NCBI GenBank assembly: GCA_043822245.1 | Contig: JBDRBY010000055.1 | Coordinates: 1-51,956, forward strand | DNA length: 51,956 bases | Origin: Candidatus Omnitrophota bacterium | Lineage (GTDB): Bacteria > Omnitrophota > Gorgyraeia > Tantalellales > Tantalellaceae | Reading direction: 5' to 3' | In this document: piece after piece, positions 28,454 to 40,800 of the stretch | Position numbering within the stretch: the stretch's first letter is position 1 | How the letters are laid out: the number at the start of each line of letters is the position of its first letter | Notes under the pieces: generated by a model | What the model was told of the DNA's origin: nothing | Database searches by the model: none | What the model saw: the letters and a program-made list of their open reading frames with translations, nothing else | Position numbers and translations under genes: made by a program

Positions 28454-28696
28454 CTACTCGTATAAGTAGCGATCATGCTTAACTGACGCATCATCAACAT
28501 TAAGCTTTATCTTACCGATTGCCTTAGACAGGACATCATTGTCCCAATTGACTTTCTTCTCTTTCAATTTTAGAAAACGGTCAATGGCATTTCGTATTAG
28601 CTCTGATACTGCTAAATGTTCCCTTATCGCTTCAAGTTTAAGCCTCTTGAGCTGTGCTTCTTCAATATAAACCTGAGTTCTGTGCAAACTGCTCAT
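28454..28696 (-). CDS. Ribbon-helix-helix (CopG-like) antitoxin, VapB-type
   Basis: HRTQVYI beta strand, then helices with SELIRNAIDRFL; 80 aa; AGGAGG SD; 15 bp upstream of the PIN gene. Confidence 0.85.
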   Translation of the reverse strand: MSSLHRTQVYIEEAQLKRLKLEAIREHLAVSELIRNAIDRFLKLKEKKVNWDNDVLSKAIGKIKLNVDDASVKHDRYLYE

Positions 28697-28740
28697 GATT
28701 TCCTCCTTTCAGTTTTTTCTTAAGAATTCCACACTCGCTT

Positions 28741-28781
28741 TATACATTATACACTATACACCATAACCCTTGCGTTGTCAA
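28741..28781 (-). promoter_or_regulatory. Sigma70 promoter of the TA operon with an overlapping putative operator
   Basis: TTGACA (28776-28781), 17-bp spacer, TATAGT (28753-28758). TATACA is repeated at 28741, 28748 and 28755. Confidence 0.75.
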
Positions 28782-28786
28782 GACTT

Positions 28787-28880
28787 GAATAATAGGGACA
28801 GCGACCTATTTTTCTTCCCTTCCTTAAACGAAAAAAATAGGTCGCTGTCCCTATTATTCCCTATTATTCCCTATTATTCC
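28787..28880. repeat. Perfect 27-bp inverted repeat (MITE-like or terminator) followed by a 10-bp tandem repeat
   Basis: GAATAATAGGGACAGCGACCTATTTTT (28787-28813) and its exact reverse complement (28833-28859) with a 19-nt loop; CCTATTATTC x3 at 28850, 28860 and 28870, abutting the giant-gene stop codon. Confidence 0.9.
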
Positions 28881-31800
28881 TAAAACGCGGTTTCTGCTTC
28901 TAAATCGCCGAACAGGTATTCGTCAATTCTTGAGTTGGCTTCTTCGCTTGCCGCGCCTGGAATTGAGGTAACTGTTGTATTTCCATTGACACTACTCTTT
29001 TGTACTTTTTCCATGGCGTTTCTTAACCTTTCTACCGCGAGCGGCGTAAACCAGCCCCTCTTTTCTATCGCGATCGAACTCACGGTCATAAGCATTGCTT
29101 CATTAAACGTGCGCGCGACGATTATTCGAACGCGCATATTGCTATTAATCAATAATTTTGCCAACAGACTATTTTCATTCTGCACAATTCCAGTTATTCT
29201 TACTTCGCCTGTTGTTCGACTCATGGCAGAATACATCCCATTAATTTTTTCCGTCACTTTGCCAAAAGAAGTAAATTCAACAGTTTTTTGATATTCCACA
29301 GGCAATAACACTTTAATGCTTCTAATATCTCTTTTACTGCCTGCCACAAGAATCTTAATACGTGCTTTTTCTCTCCGCCTAACCGCACCATTATTTATCA
29401 TATGCATTTGTTTCACAAAAGTTTTATACCCTTGCGTATCTTTGTTAATAAAAGAGGCAGGTAAAACGCGGATATCACTGCCGGCTAATAACAAATTCCC
29501 ATCTTTGAGCAGTCTCAAAACAGTTCCACCGGCTTGAGCCGCGCGTTCCAGAAGATTTGTCACTTTGTCTATCTGCTGAAAACCAGTTTCAAGAAGTCTC
29601 TTCGCATCCATTATATCTTGCACTACCACAAGGGCTCTTTGTGGTTCCAGAAATAACATAGCATTATCCATCCCTGCTATAACATGGACCTGGCCTACTC
29701 TATCGATAGCTTGAGCAATTATTTTTTTAGTCTCAGGACTTAACATAAAGCCTTGCTTTTCATACATAACCGCTTTGACAACAACCTTGATTAGGGTATC
29801 TATATCCGCATCCATAATATCAAATTTATCCGACAATGTAAGTATTTTTGTATTAAAATCTTGCTTGGCTAATGCCGGAACGCGAATCTCAAACTTGCCC
29901 GCTTCAGTCCTTACCAGAACTACTTTATCTATTGTAAAAAATTCTTCACTTGTTCCGTAATAATCAGCAGGAACTTCACTCCTGTTTAATATTTGCCATA
30001 TCGCGCGGTCAACAACAGGAAGCTGGATTTCAACATCCGTTATTTCACTAAGCAACTTTTTCAGGGTTTCAGGAACATCTTTGTCTTCTAAGGATATTAT
30101 TAACGCTTTTCCGTCTTTTTCAGTTTGTAATTCGTTGATAAAACTACTTATAAAGCCCAGAATTTGTTCATAAAAAACTGTTATCTGACGCAATAATAAC
30201 GTGTCCCCAATAAGGATCTTTTCGGCGGGAACACGAGTTCGAATTTCATCGCCGCGGACAACGGCCTGTTCAGGAACTAAGGCTGCCGCTTTTTTCTTCT
30301 CATACAAAATATGGTTTACAGTTAATTCAGCCGTGTTATTCCCAAAAGGAATTAGCGACACAGTCGCTTCTTTGCCGCCCAGGGACAATGTAATAAGCTG
30401 TCCGTCCGAAACAACGCCAGGCATTACGGACGGCACTACGGCAGTTTGGGCACGTCTAATCATGGAGCCAAGATCGACATTTCCAAACATAGCGTCAAAT
30501 TCGGCAACATTTTCAAACTTTCCACTCTCAGGATTTAACCTCAAAAGAACAGGTGCAATCGTTCCATCAGCAGATTTTCTGGCAAATAACAATTTAGTTT
30601 CGCCAACTGTTTGTTCCTTCTCCCCGCGTTCATAAATACGCATTGGTGCCATCACATCTAATTCAGAACCGACAAATTCGGCCTTCTCCACGAAAGCCAG
30701 AATATCCGCCAAGTATTCTCTGACATCTGTGGTAATATGCGGATGTGTGTGGTATTGAAACACGACCTTGTCACTTCTTTTAACAATATCAGTTTCTCCC
30801 ATTGACAGTATTTCACCAGTGTCTGAAATTTTAAGTACGGCCCGGATAGACTGACGGTATTCAAACGTGCCGTCCTCTTGCCTGAGGATAGTTCCGCCGA
30901 CTTCATACGGCAGAATGCCTTTGAAATCTTTTGTCATTTCCGAGACCATGTTGTTTGAAATACCAAATTTTTCTACCATTACGGCTATTAACTGATCCCC
31001 AGAGTATTCGTTGCCATGAATTACTCCTATTTGTTCCCCTCTTTCGTTATTAACCACGAAATCCATGTTATCCCGGATTATGCCTTTACTGCCATCAAAT
31101 CTAGCCTCAACAATTTCTCTCACCATATTATCCGGCACTTTTTCCGCGAGTTCCTTTGACTGACTCCAGAGATCCTCTCTTACATTCTGTTCAATTATTT
31201 TCAGGATTTCAGGGTCTCGGTTGTCATAACTCTTCGCGCCTACTTTCTTAACCCTTGCTACTGCCGTTATAACTCCCTGAAGGTCATACGCTTTTACTAA
31301 CGAGGTATCAGCCTTTGTAACAATTTCACTAAAACCGCTATCCAGGTTTGTTATCTTTAGCGTGTTCTCTCTTATGTCTGTCCTTAACTCTACTCGTACA
31401 TTTTCACTTCCCGCAACTATACGGGTTGAGTGGAGGGTATAACCATTTTCAAACGCGTGTTTCATCAGGGCCGCGTTAAACGCGTCGTAAGATACATCGG
31501 ATGATACGTTGACATTAGCCATTTTCTGCATAATATCTGACATGAGAGATCGCTTCGTCCCCTTCGCTTCGCTCAGGCTCCTCGCAATGACAGATGGAGC
31601 ACTAAAGCTCGCGGCTACAAGCCCGTTGTCAATGGTAATTACATTATCTGTCAGATTCCAATCGATCTTATGATCTTTGGCTTCATGCTTGACGGTTATA
31701 TGAAGTGTCTTGCCTTGAATCGCTGATTTATCTACTAAAGCGGATAATGTGTTGATTTTTTCAAAAACCTCATTTGTGTTTGCCGCATCAAATTCCTTTT

Positions 31801-34800
31801 GGTCTATAGAGCTTACAAGGACGTCAATATAATTTGTGACAATAAAGTTAAAAGCGCGTTTTTTCTCGGCCAGGAACAGTCCTGATTCGGTTTTTTGTGC
31901 TATTGTAGAGACGCGATTTATCGCGTCTCCACGATCGCAAACGATACAAAGCGCGTTGAACATCTCTTCGCCTAAAATCATTTTTCCGACAAAGCGTGTA
32001 ATAGTATTCGAAGCAAGGGTTAAGAGGCCTATGTTGGCAATTCCGTGGGCGAGCCATTTGGGCAGAGACTCATGCACGATTACTCTAACTTTCGCGTCAG
32101 CGTCTAATTCGCTGAATTTTTCGTGTGTCCAGCCGGTTGAATACGCAACTTCTTCTCCGCTTTTAAAGCCTATAATAGTTTCGCCGAATCTTTTGCCGGC
32201 TTTATAAGCGACACCTGCGACAGCGGCGCAAACGGCGCCTATGCCGAAGGCGGATAAAACCGCGCCTGTTATAACAGCAAAAGCTGTTATCCCGATTCCC
32301 GCGATTCCCGCGGTAATTGCCGTAATTTTCGCCGCGGTTCGTATTGCTTTAACTTCGGATACGTCAAGCGCGTGGTCTTTGTCTTTTTTCTTCACTTCAC
32401 CTGTTTTCCTTATTGACTCGGCGCTGGATAACAAGTCAAAATAATCTACAACTTTTTTGTCATATTTACGCTCGACATACGTTTTTCCTATCTCTCCCGA
32501 ATTAAATATCAACCGCGCTGTTTCCATTCCCCTTAGGCCTACTAACCTGGCAGATGCCTCAAACATCGGGATGTCAGCTTCTTCAAATTTTGTTTTTTCA
32601 GCTACTTTATATTTTTCCCCCCGCATACACGCGGCGAATAATTCAACGACTTTTGTATCAGTTTCTGTTGAGCCAAAAAGCGTTTCTGACATATTACTCA
32701 TTTTTGTTTTAGTTGGCGTAATTTTGCTAACCGTTTTTATAAAAGTTTCTCTTACATCTTTCGGGGCGGACTCCATAATCACATTCATCGCGCCGTCACG
32801 CGCGTAATTCTGGCGTATAAACGCGATCGGAGACATTGTTTTTTCAACACCTGCTTTTCGCATCAGATACAAAATCTTTTCTTCGCCAAAAATGTTGCAA
32901 ACACCGGAAAGCATGTTGAAGTCAACCAGACTAATCGTATCATTAAACAGACTCAAAACCATGTTCTGAACCATAAGACTTTGGCCCTGTATAGCATTTG
33001 AGAGCGCCATTAAATCGCCAATCACTGAAGTATTCCACTTATACCCGTCTTCGGATTTTTTATTAGTCAAATTTTGTATTATTTCACGGGCTTTATGAAG
33101 CTCTCCGCCTGTAAGAAGTTTATTATTGCTAACCTCGGCGAAACTCTGCATTGTCTCGTCCATATCAAACGCGGCGAGAAATATGCGGCGTTCTTTGTAG
33201 TTTAAATGCTCATTACTATAAATCATTTCTTCGTTCTTACTCTCTGAACTCTTTACAAAATTCAAACTCGGATCTGCCATAAAAACATTATCCGGCGTCA
33301 TGCCAAAATTGAAATCGCTGGCAGATTCCCATACTATCCTGACCGTTTCCTGTGACCTCTGGCGATCAATCATATCATTGTGACGTTCCATATATTCCCA
33401 AGCTTTATCTATCACATCGCCGTCCCCAAGCTTACCACTAACTACCTTTTTTCCATTCATCTTACTATGTAGTTCGCCTCTTTCGTCAAACGTGCATAAG
33501 AGCTTTTCCGTGTCACAGACTGTTGTAATTTTTGCCGGCAACCTGCGGGTAACCATTAATCCGGTCTGGCTAGGATGTTCTACTGAGGTACTCCAACGGC
33601 AGGCCTGTTGTATAGCGCCAGAACTTGTAAGATTGCCAACAGCAGTCACTTGGAACCTGGTAAATTCCGTGTCTTTAACAAATGCAGGATTCACCAAATC
33701 ATCAACACATTTGGCTATATTAGAACCAGTGACAAGCGGGCCCACAACATGCATGATTCTGCCCCAAGCATTTAACATGTTCTCTTTTATAGCTATATTA
33801 AGAGCGTCGCTCAGATCATTTGGATTAGTAAACACTAAAATGCCATAGCTCTGTACTTCATTTGCCACGCTCTTAAGAAAACTCTTAAAACCTTCAATAT
33901 CACTATACGTATGTAAGCCTTTATATCCCGTATTTGGCTCGCCCTTTTGGTCGTGGCACATCTCATTCAGCCAATTGCCAACCTCATGGGCGTAACTTTC
34001 CGCGGATGTTGGAAAAATATGAATGTTTCCTTTATGAGCATCATTAAAAGCAGAGCCATTAATTTTATCCGTCATAAAAGAGTCTTTAGCGTTTTCAACT
34101 ACTTTTTTAACCGCTCCTTCACCTTGCACAAGCACAATATCCTGCATCTTTATTTTATCTGAAGCACCTAAATCGTAAACACGGAAATTTAACTGTTTTA
34201 ACATCTCCCTGCATCCTTCGGCAGTAGCGCCAAGGCCTGTGATAATATTTGTCACTCCGAAAGAATGCCAATAATTATGCGTGTTCAAATATGTAAGTAC
34301 ATCTGAAATGCTTACGCCTTTTTGTGATGAAACAGAGAAATTACCGTAAATATCAGACTCAGTAACTTTCGCGCCGTCTATTATTGCTGCATGAAGCAGA
34401 ACAGCCATAGCAGAAATTGGATCTTTAAACTTCATTGATTCTAAATTATGGCCTGCCGTGTCTGATAGTCCATAATTTTTGAATATTTTAGCGCTATTCT
34501 TGTCTGTCTCAAACTTTATTTCCGGGTTGCCACTAGCGCCATCAAACTGCCCAAGATAAACTCCTATACCCCTGGGGCCTGCAAACGCGTATAGTAACTC
34601 TTGCGCCGCGCTATTGCCAAGTATCTTCATAAATGACTCGTTTTCATTCTTTGTAAGAAACTCTGATATCAGATTCTCAAGCGGTCCTTTAAAATACTGT
34701 AGCCTGAGAGATGGAAGATCACGGTCAATAGTACTTCCATCCTGCTTAAGGTCTTTCTGCGACTCAACAAACGTCCGAAAGAGATTGTATATGGCGTTTA

Positions 34801-37800
34801 CATAGGACATCATAGCCTTATCTGCTGAGTTATAAAGCGCCTGAATATCCTCGTGATTGGCAATAACAAGCGCCGGCATCTGCAGGGTTTGTTCTATTTC
34901 GTCAAAACCAACATATATAAATTTATTGAATAGCGCTGGATTTTTATGAAAAAGTTTCAAAGCCTCTGAAGTTTCCATAACATAAAGACCGCTTTTGTTT
35001 GCTGTTAGGTTTTGTTCCAACAAAGTACTGAAAATATCCAGCCCGCGGCCTTTAAAATAATTCTCCACAGTATTGTAGGCCTGGTTATCTTTAGGATCTA
35101 CAAATTGTGTCACTAATTCAGGACCAGGCAAAAGAAGAAGATATTTAATAGTGTTCGTTGTTTTGCTATCAATCTTTCCGGCTTCAATCAAATATTTATC
35201 AAGAACTTCGAACTGTGTAATGTCAACCCATGTTTTTCCTTCGCTGCATTCAAGTAGTATTGCTGCGTTACCTGCATCTCCTTTTGCCGAGCCAATGTTT
35301 ATCAACTGCTGGTGCACAGCAGAAACCAGGGCCTCTGTCTGAAGCTTGCTTGGATAGAAATATTCTGTTCCTGTACTCTTATGGTGATCATTATTAATTT
35401 GCAACATAACTTCAACGCATATTTCGATCAAGCGATTATTATGTGTTATTGTAATATCATCCCTGCCATTATTAGCAATCGTACGTGCAGTTTCGGCTTG
35501 TTGCGCCAAAGGCTCGCCATGACCACTTATGCCCTGATTTAGAGCCACTATAACTGTTTTCAAATCATTTATCCTATTTCCTATAGAGCTATCCTCATTA
35601 AATTCTAAGATTAACTTATTTAAGGCTTTCTCGGCAACATTCTTCATATCTTGCAAAAATCCTTCAGGTTGATTCCCAATTTTAGCCAAAAATTCTTTAA
35701 ATACTGCTTGTGCGATGTCATGTATTTGTTTTGATTCAACATCAAGCACATTATTAAAAGGCGTTCTTTGTTTTTCCGCCATAACTATAACAGGGTCCTT
35801 GAACTCGGCCGTCGGGCCTGAACTATCAGCAAACATCATGGAAAAGGTTTTACCATAAGCAGAAATTCCTGCGCGGTCCAATGCCATGTCAACAATCTTG
35901 TTATCAATTTTTAATGCTTGCGCTAATGTCCTAATAGCCAATGCCTTTACCAATCCAATCTTTTCAGTTTTTACAACTTCTGCAATAGTGTCATTATTTT
36001 GAATCTTATCGATTTCGTTTTTGACAAACTTTGTTTCTGTTACACTAACAAGCTTATTTATGGTGTTTTCAATAACGTTATCCTTAGCCCAGTTTTGCAG
36101 GCTGTTATTTATGTGATACGATATGCTCCAGGACGCGGGTTTTATGAAGAGGAAGACCCAGCTTAACAGCCCTACTTCCCATCGGCTGAAACCGGTCTTC
36201 GCGATATTTTCGTGCTTGGCAAAGGCTTCGAGGGTTCTGTTTATGCCGGTTACTGTTATGACCATTTCCATTTCCTGCCAGATAAATGCGGCCCCATGAA
36301 CGATTTGAAAGAATTTTTCTTGTATAACACTTAAGCCCGCTGTGGAAGCCGCGTTTGGCACAAGAACTTGTGCCGCGACTCTTTCTGAGACAGCGTCAAG
36401 AGTCAAGAGATTTCCTGAGGCATCCTTCGCGGGATGCGCGAAAATGCTTACTAATGGCCCCATCCAAAGACCTTTTGTCACGCCGCTTAAGGCTGAAGTC
36501 GCGATAATACCCCAGCCGGTTGTCCAATTTATGGGCTGTTTTAAGTTCACGTTACCGTCAGCGCCTCTTTGCTTAAGCTGAAAATGAAAACCCTGCCCCA
36601 TTACCGCTGAAATGGTTCCGTCAAGAAGCGCGCCGAAAACCGTGAACATGGGTGATATAAACACCCACCGCTTCGCGCCGACAATGCTTGCCTGGGCAAC
36701 CGCGTTGTATTTAAACATAACGTCCAGCATGTTTGTCACGTTATATTTTTCAACAAGCAGAAGCGAGGCTTTTTCTTTTGCCGCCGCGTTATAAGCGGAA
36801 CCTGTGAGGTGTTCTATCCCTGTGGGCGACAACGCGTACGCTATCGCGACACCCCAAATCGCGCCGCGCGCGAGGCTGTTTATGGTTTCTCTGGTTGTCA
36901 TTTTGCCGTTTGCTTTGATATAACCTACCGTATAAAAAGTAGCTGTACTGGCCGCTACTATAACGATTCGGCTTGTCCATCCTATGCCTTTACCAATCGC
37001 GCTTTTTATTAAATTGCCAAACGGTGAACCAACCGCGTGGAACATAGTTGAGAATATCGCGTGAAACGCGAGGCCCTCGCCAAATCCCAATATTATCTTT
37101 GCGGCAAAGGCTTTATCGTCGAATTTCGCGCCCGTAAACGCGGCCTGCGCCGCGTAAACACCCGCGTTCGCTGACGCCCAAATAGCGCCGGTTCCCATAA
37201 AGCGCGCGAGCCCAGCGGAAGTTTTTAATTGCGCCAACCCGCCCGGGATAATGCCTCCCATAACCATGCCCACTGCCGCGCCGCGCAGGCCCCATAGCAT
37301 TGCCTCTGAAGTCGTAAATGTCTCTTCAAACCGTTTATTAGTAAAAATTGTCTGGCTTATAGCGCCTGTTGTGTAAATGCCGATGCCAAGAGCCAATCCC
37401 TTTTTAACAGCGGCCTGGCTGAATGAACTTGAAGAGCTGAAGCCGGCAAACCCTGCGTATGTCAAAGCAGTGGCAAGGCCAATAACGTCTTCATAGGTAT
37501 ATTTATAGAGAAATCCGTCTGACCCAAGCCGTGTTTTAAGAACGCTGGATCCATGCACTCGAAAAGCGCCGCCAAGATTAGACAATCCAAACGAAGTAAC
37601 GGAAATCACAACCGCGGCAACATTGGATAATTCAAAAAGAAATTTGTCATCTCCTTTTGCCATGGCATCTTGTAGTTTGTGGGTTGAGCTGAATTCATAT
37701 ATGTAGTATTCCAAGTTTTTATTTTGTCTATTATAAAACAATAGAGTCTCTGCCGCGATAATAAGCCCTGTACCAAAACCAGCTAAGCCGCCTATGACCA

Positions 37801-40800
37801 AGCCTGGGAAACCACCGCATGGAAGGCCTATAAGAGTTCCTGCTGTGGTTCCCATGCTTGTCCATGTACCTATAGTCGCTAACGCGCCCTGGTCAGTTAT
37901 ACCTTTGGCGTACAGTTTACCTTTAATCCAGTCGCCCGTGTCGTTGTTAATCATAACCCTGCCGGTGCCTGCAAAACTTCCGACTATGCCATGTCCGATA
38001 AGGTCATCAACAAACGCTTTTTTGACATTTGCGAAGAATTTTTCATTACGGCCTGTGCTCGCCATATCCATAATGCTTTCGGCAAAGTTCGCGGCAAAAT
38101 AAACCGGCATTTTTACACCAGATATTCCAACACCTTGTGACCGTGACTCTGCCCAATATTTTGCTTCCTGAGCCGCGCCTGTTTCTCTGCCGGTTGCGGG
38201 GTCTATCCTGATCGTTTCAACGATTTGCCATACCTGGTTGCCGTCTTTGTCTGTGTAATTGCCATAGACCGGGACCTCTATGCCCGGGTAGAGGCGTGTG
38301 GCTTCGTGGAGTGTGCTTATTTTGTTTGACACGTCCGCGGCAAAGTCTCCAATCCATGAATTTTTTATAAAACCCTTAAATCCATTCCATGTTTTGCCGG
38401 CAAAGACACCAACATCCTCCGCCATGTCAGAGAAGAATATACCTGCTGAACTTTGGGTAAATTTAGTAAACATTTTACTCGCCCGAGATTTAATGGTGTC
38501 CCAATTTCGAACAATTTCTGATACAGATAAAGCCTCAACGGCAAACTGCAGCCTGCCTATTGCAGATTCGCCAAAATAGTATTTTGCCCATTTCCATACC
38601 TCGGCTTTATTCCAAACTGCGGATAGACCTTTTCCTATCCCCCTCAAGGCAAAACCTCCAATACCGGAAACATCAAGAATGCCGACTGTCAGGCCGATTA
38701 TTCCACCTGCCAATGCACCGATTGCGGTTCCAACCCCGGGTAAAGGAATAAAAATTGAACCCAGGACTGCTCCTGATGTTGCGCCGATTGCGGTATTTCC
38801 ATATAGCCTGCCGGATATTGTGGAGTACCAATTCCCTATTCCTTGGATGAGGTTTTCAACAGTGGAGGTGTGTTTAGATGTTGCAGGGATTGCTTCGTCG
38901 GCGACTTCGGCACCTCCTCGCAATGACACGGTTGGGACAGACTCTTTCGATGACGAAGAAAGATTCTTCGCTTCGCTCAGAATGACGGATCGGAACTTTT
39001 GTCCCGGTGTGGCTAACCATTGCGGCATTTTAGCTTCGGTATTAAACCACAAATCCAATCCAACTGTGCAGGCGCCAATAATCATTCCAAGAATTGTGCC
39101 ATAAAACGGAACGAACATACTGCCAGCCACGCCTCCAAGAGCAGCGCCGCTAACAACCTTAGCTATTGTTCCCTTTTCTGTCTTAATATCTTCATACATC
39201 AATGAACCTGCTGTAACCTTTGCTTTTTGTTTTGGGTTCCAAGGGTATGGTTCGCCGTTTTCGTTGAAACGCAGGCTGAAGTCTGCCGCTACAGGGGTGC
39301 GGTAAAACGTGATAACCGTGTCGGTTAGATTGTTAAGTTGGGCGCCGGGGCGGCAGACTCTAAAGTCGCTGTCTATGATCTCCCATGTGCCCTGGAGCCT
39401 AAATACCTTGCCGTTTTCGCTAATACCTGTGATATTAAGGTTTGTTTTTGCTTCTTTTGGTTTTTCGCCGGAAGCGCCTGCCATTGCGGCCGCTTTTGGA
39501 TCGTGTTTAATAGTCGCGGGCTCGCGCACCGCGATATCGGCAGCCTGGATAACTCCGTTTATAACATATTTGCCTTTATCGTATGAAAGTTTCAACCTGT
39601 TGGCATAATTTCTGCCTTCGCCGATAGTAATGTCGTCCATGTCTCGTTCCAGCCATACATAATTCAACGTGGTATTTTTTAACTGCCCGTTTTTCATCTT
39701 GGTCCAGTTACTTGACGCGACCACTGTCATGCCTTCATTAGTCGTTGTTGTGAATAAATATCTTGCCTCGGTCCCATCAACCGCCCTAAATTCTTTGTGG
39801 CCTTCAGACTTCATGCTTGGCATATACTTAAATTTGATTCTGTCCTCTCCCTGTCCAAAGGCAAACTGTAAATCACCAAATCTGCGGAGAGAACTACCTT
39901 TTCGTAAGAGATACGCTGTCTCAGCTTCTACGTTACTCGCGCGGAGTGCCCCATCTTTATCTATTCCGACTTTCGCTCCTTTTTTGAATAAAAGTCCGTT
40001 TATTTCAGCATCACACTCGCATCGTATTACATTCGCGCCGGAATCGTCTCCTGGCGCGAAAGCGAGGCTCTGGCTGTTTTTATATTCAATGTGCCCGTCT
40101 ATGAGATACACATCGCCTGTTTGCGCTTTGATGGCAAAATCTCTTTCTTTTGTTATTAGCGGCATGCCTCCGGAACCGGAACCTGAAACACCTTCTGTCA
40201 GGATATCAGGCCGCTTATCCTGGCGTAAGCTCCCCTCAACACGGCCTGAAAACACCATGGTTCCGTTCTCAAGCGCGTATAAACCGCTGTTCGCGACTGC
40301 TCCGGCATCTTTCACCATTGCTAACAATGAAATATTCCGCGGTTCATATTGACTTGTCACAATCGCGCCATTCAGACCTATAAAACCTCCCGCTTCTTTA
40401 TCCAGTTCCAACTTAAATGTTGTAAAGCCTGCGTTCGTTTTGTCTTTATCTTCTATCAAAGTAAAATCAATCTGGCGCTCATGAACATCTAATCGTTGTA
40501 TGAATTTTTTATCCAGCTCAAAACCATCTGAACGGATGAATGTGCCTTTTTTATCAGCCTCTGTCCATTGAGTAACAACAAGCGCTCCCATAAAAGTTCC
40601 GTTTTCAGCGGGGCACGCGATAACGCCTTGCATATGCGTAAGTTTGCCATTTCGGTCATGTTTGGTTGTGCCATGGTAATAGCCGTCAGTGTCAGGTTGC
40701 GGCTGGATTCCCGCTTTCGCGGGAATGACAGAGGAGAGTAAGGGAAAGTCTCCGTTATGCAGGCGAGAAATAGTAACTTCCCGTCCTATAAGTTCATTGT

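Noticed and set aside
32284-32325. GATTCCCGC repeated, similar to the family A arm
   Set aside because: No partner arm; explained by the AGIAGIGI transmembrane sequence.
5095-36598. KOPS (GGGNAGGG) polarity toward dif
   Set aside because: Only a few sites noticed and in mixed orientation (5095 and 36591 toward, 26597 away); the motif is unknown for this lineage.
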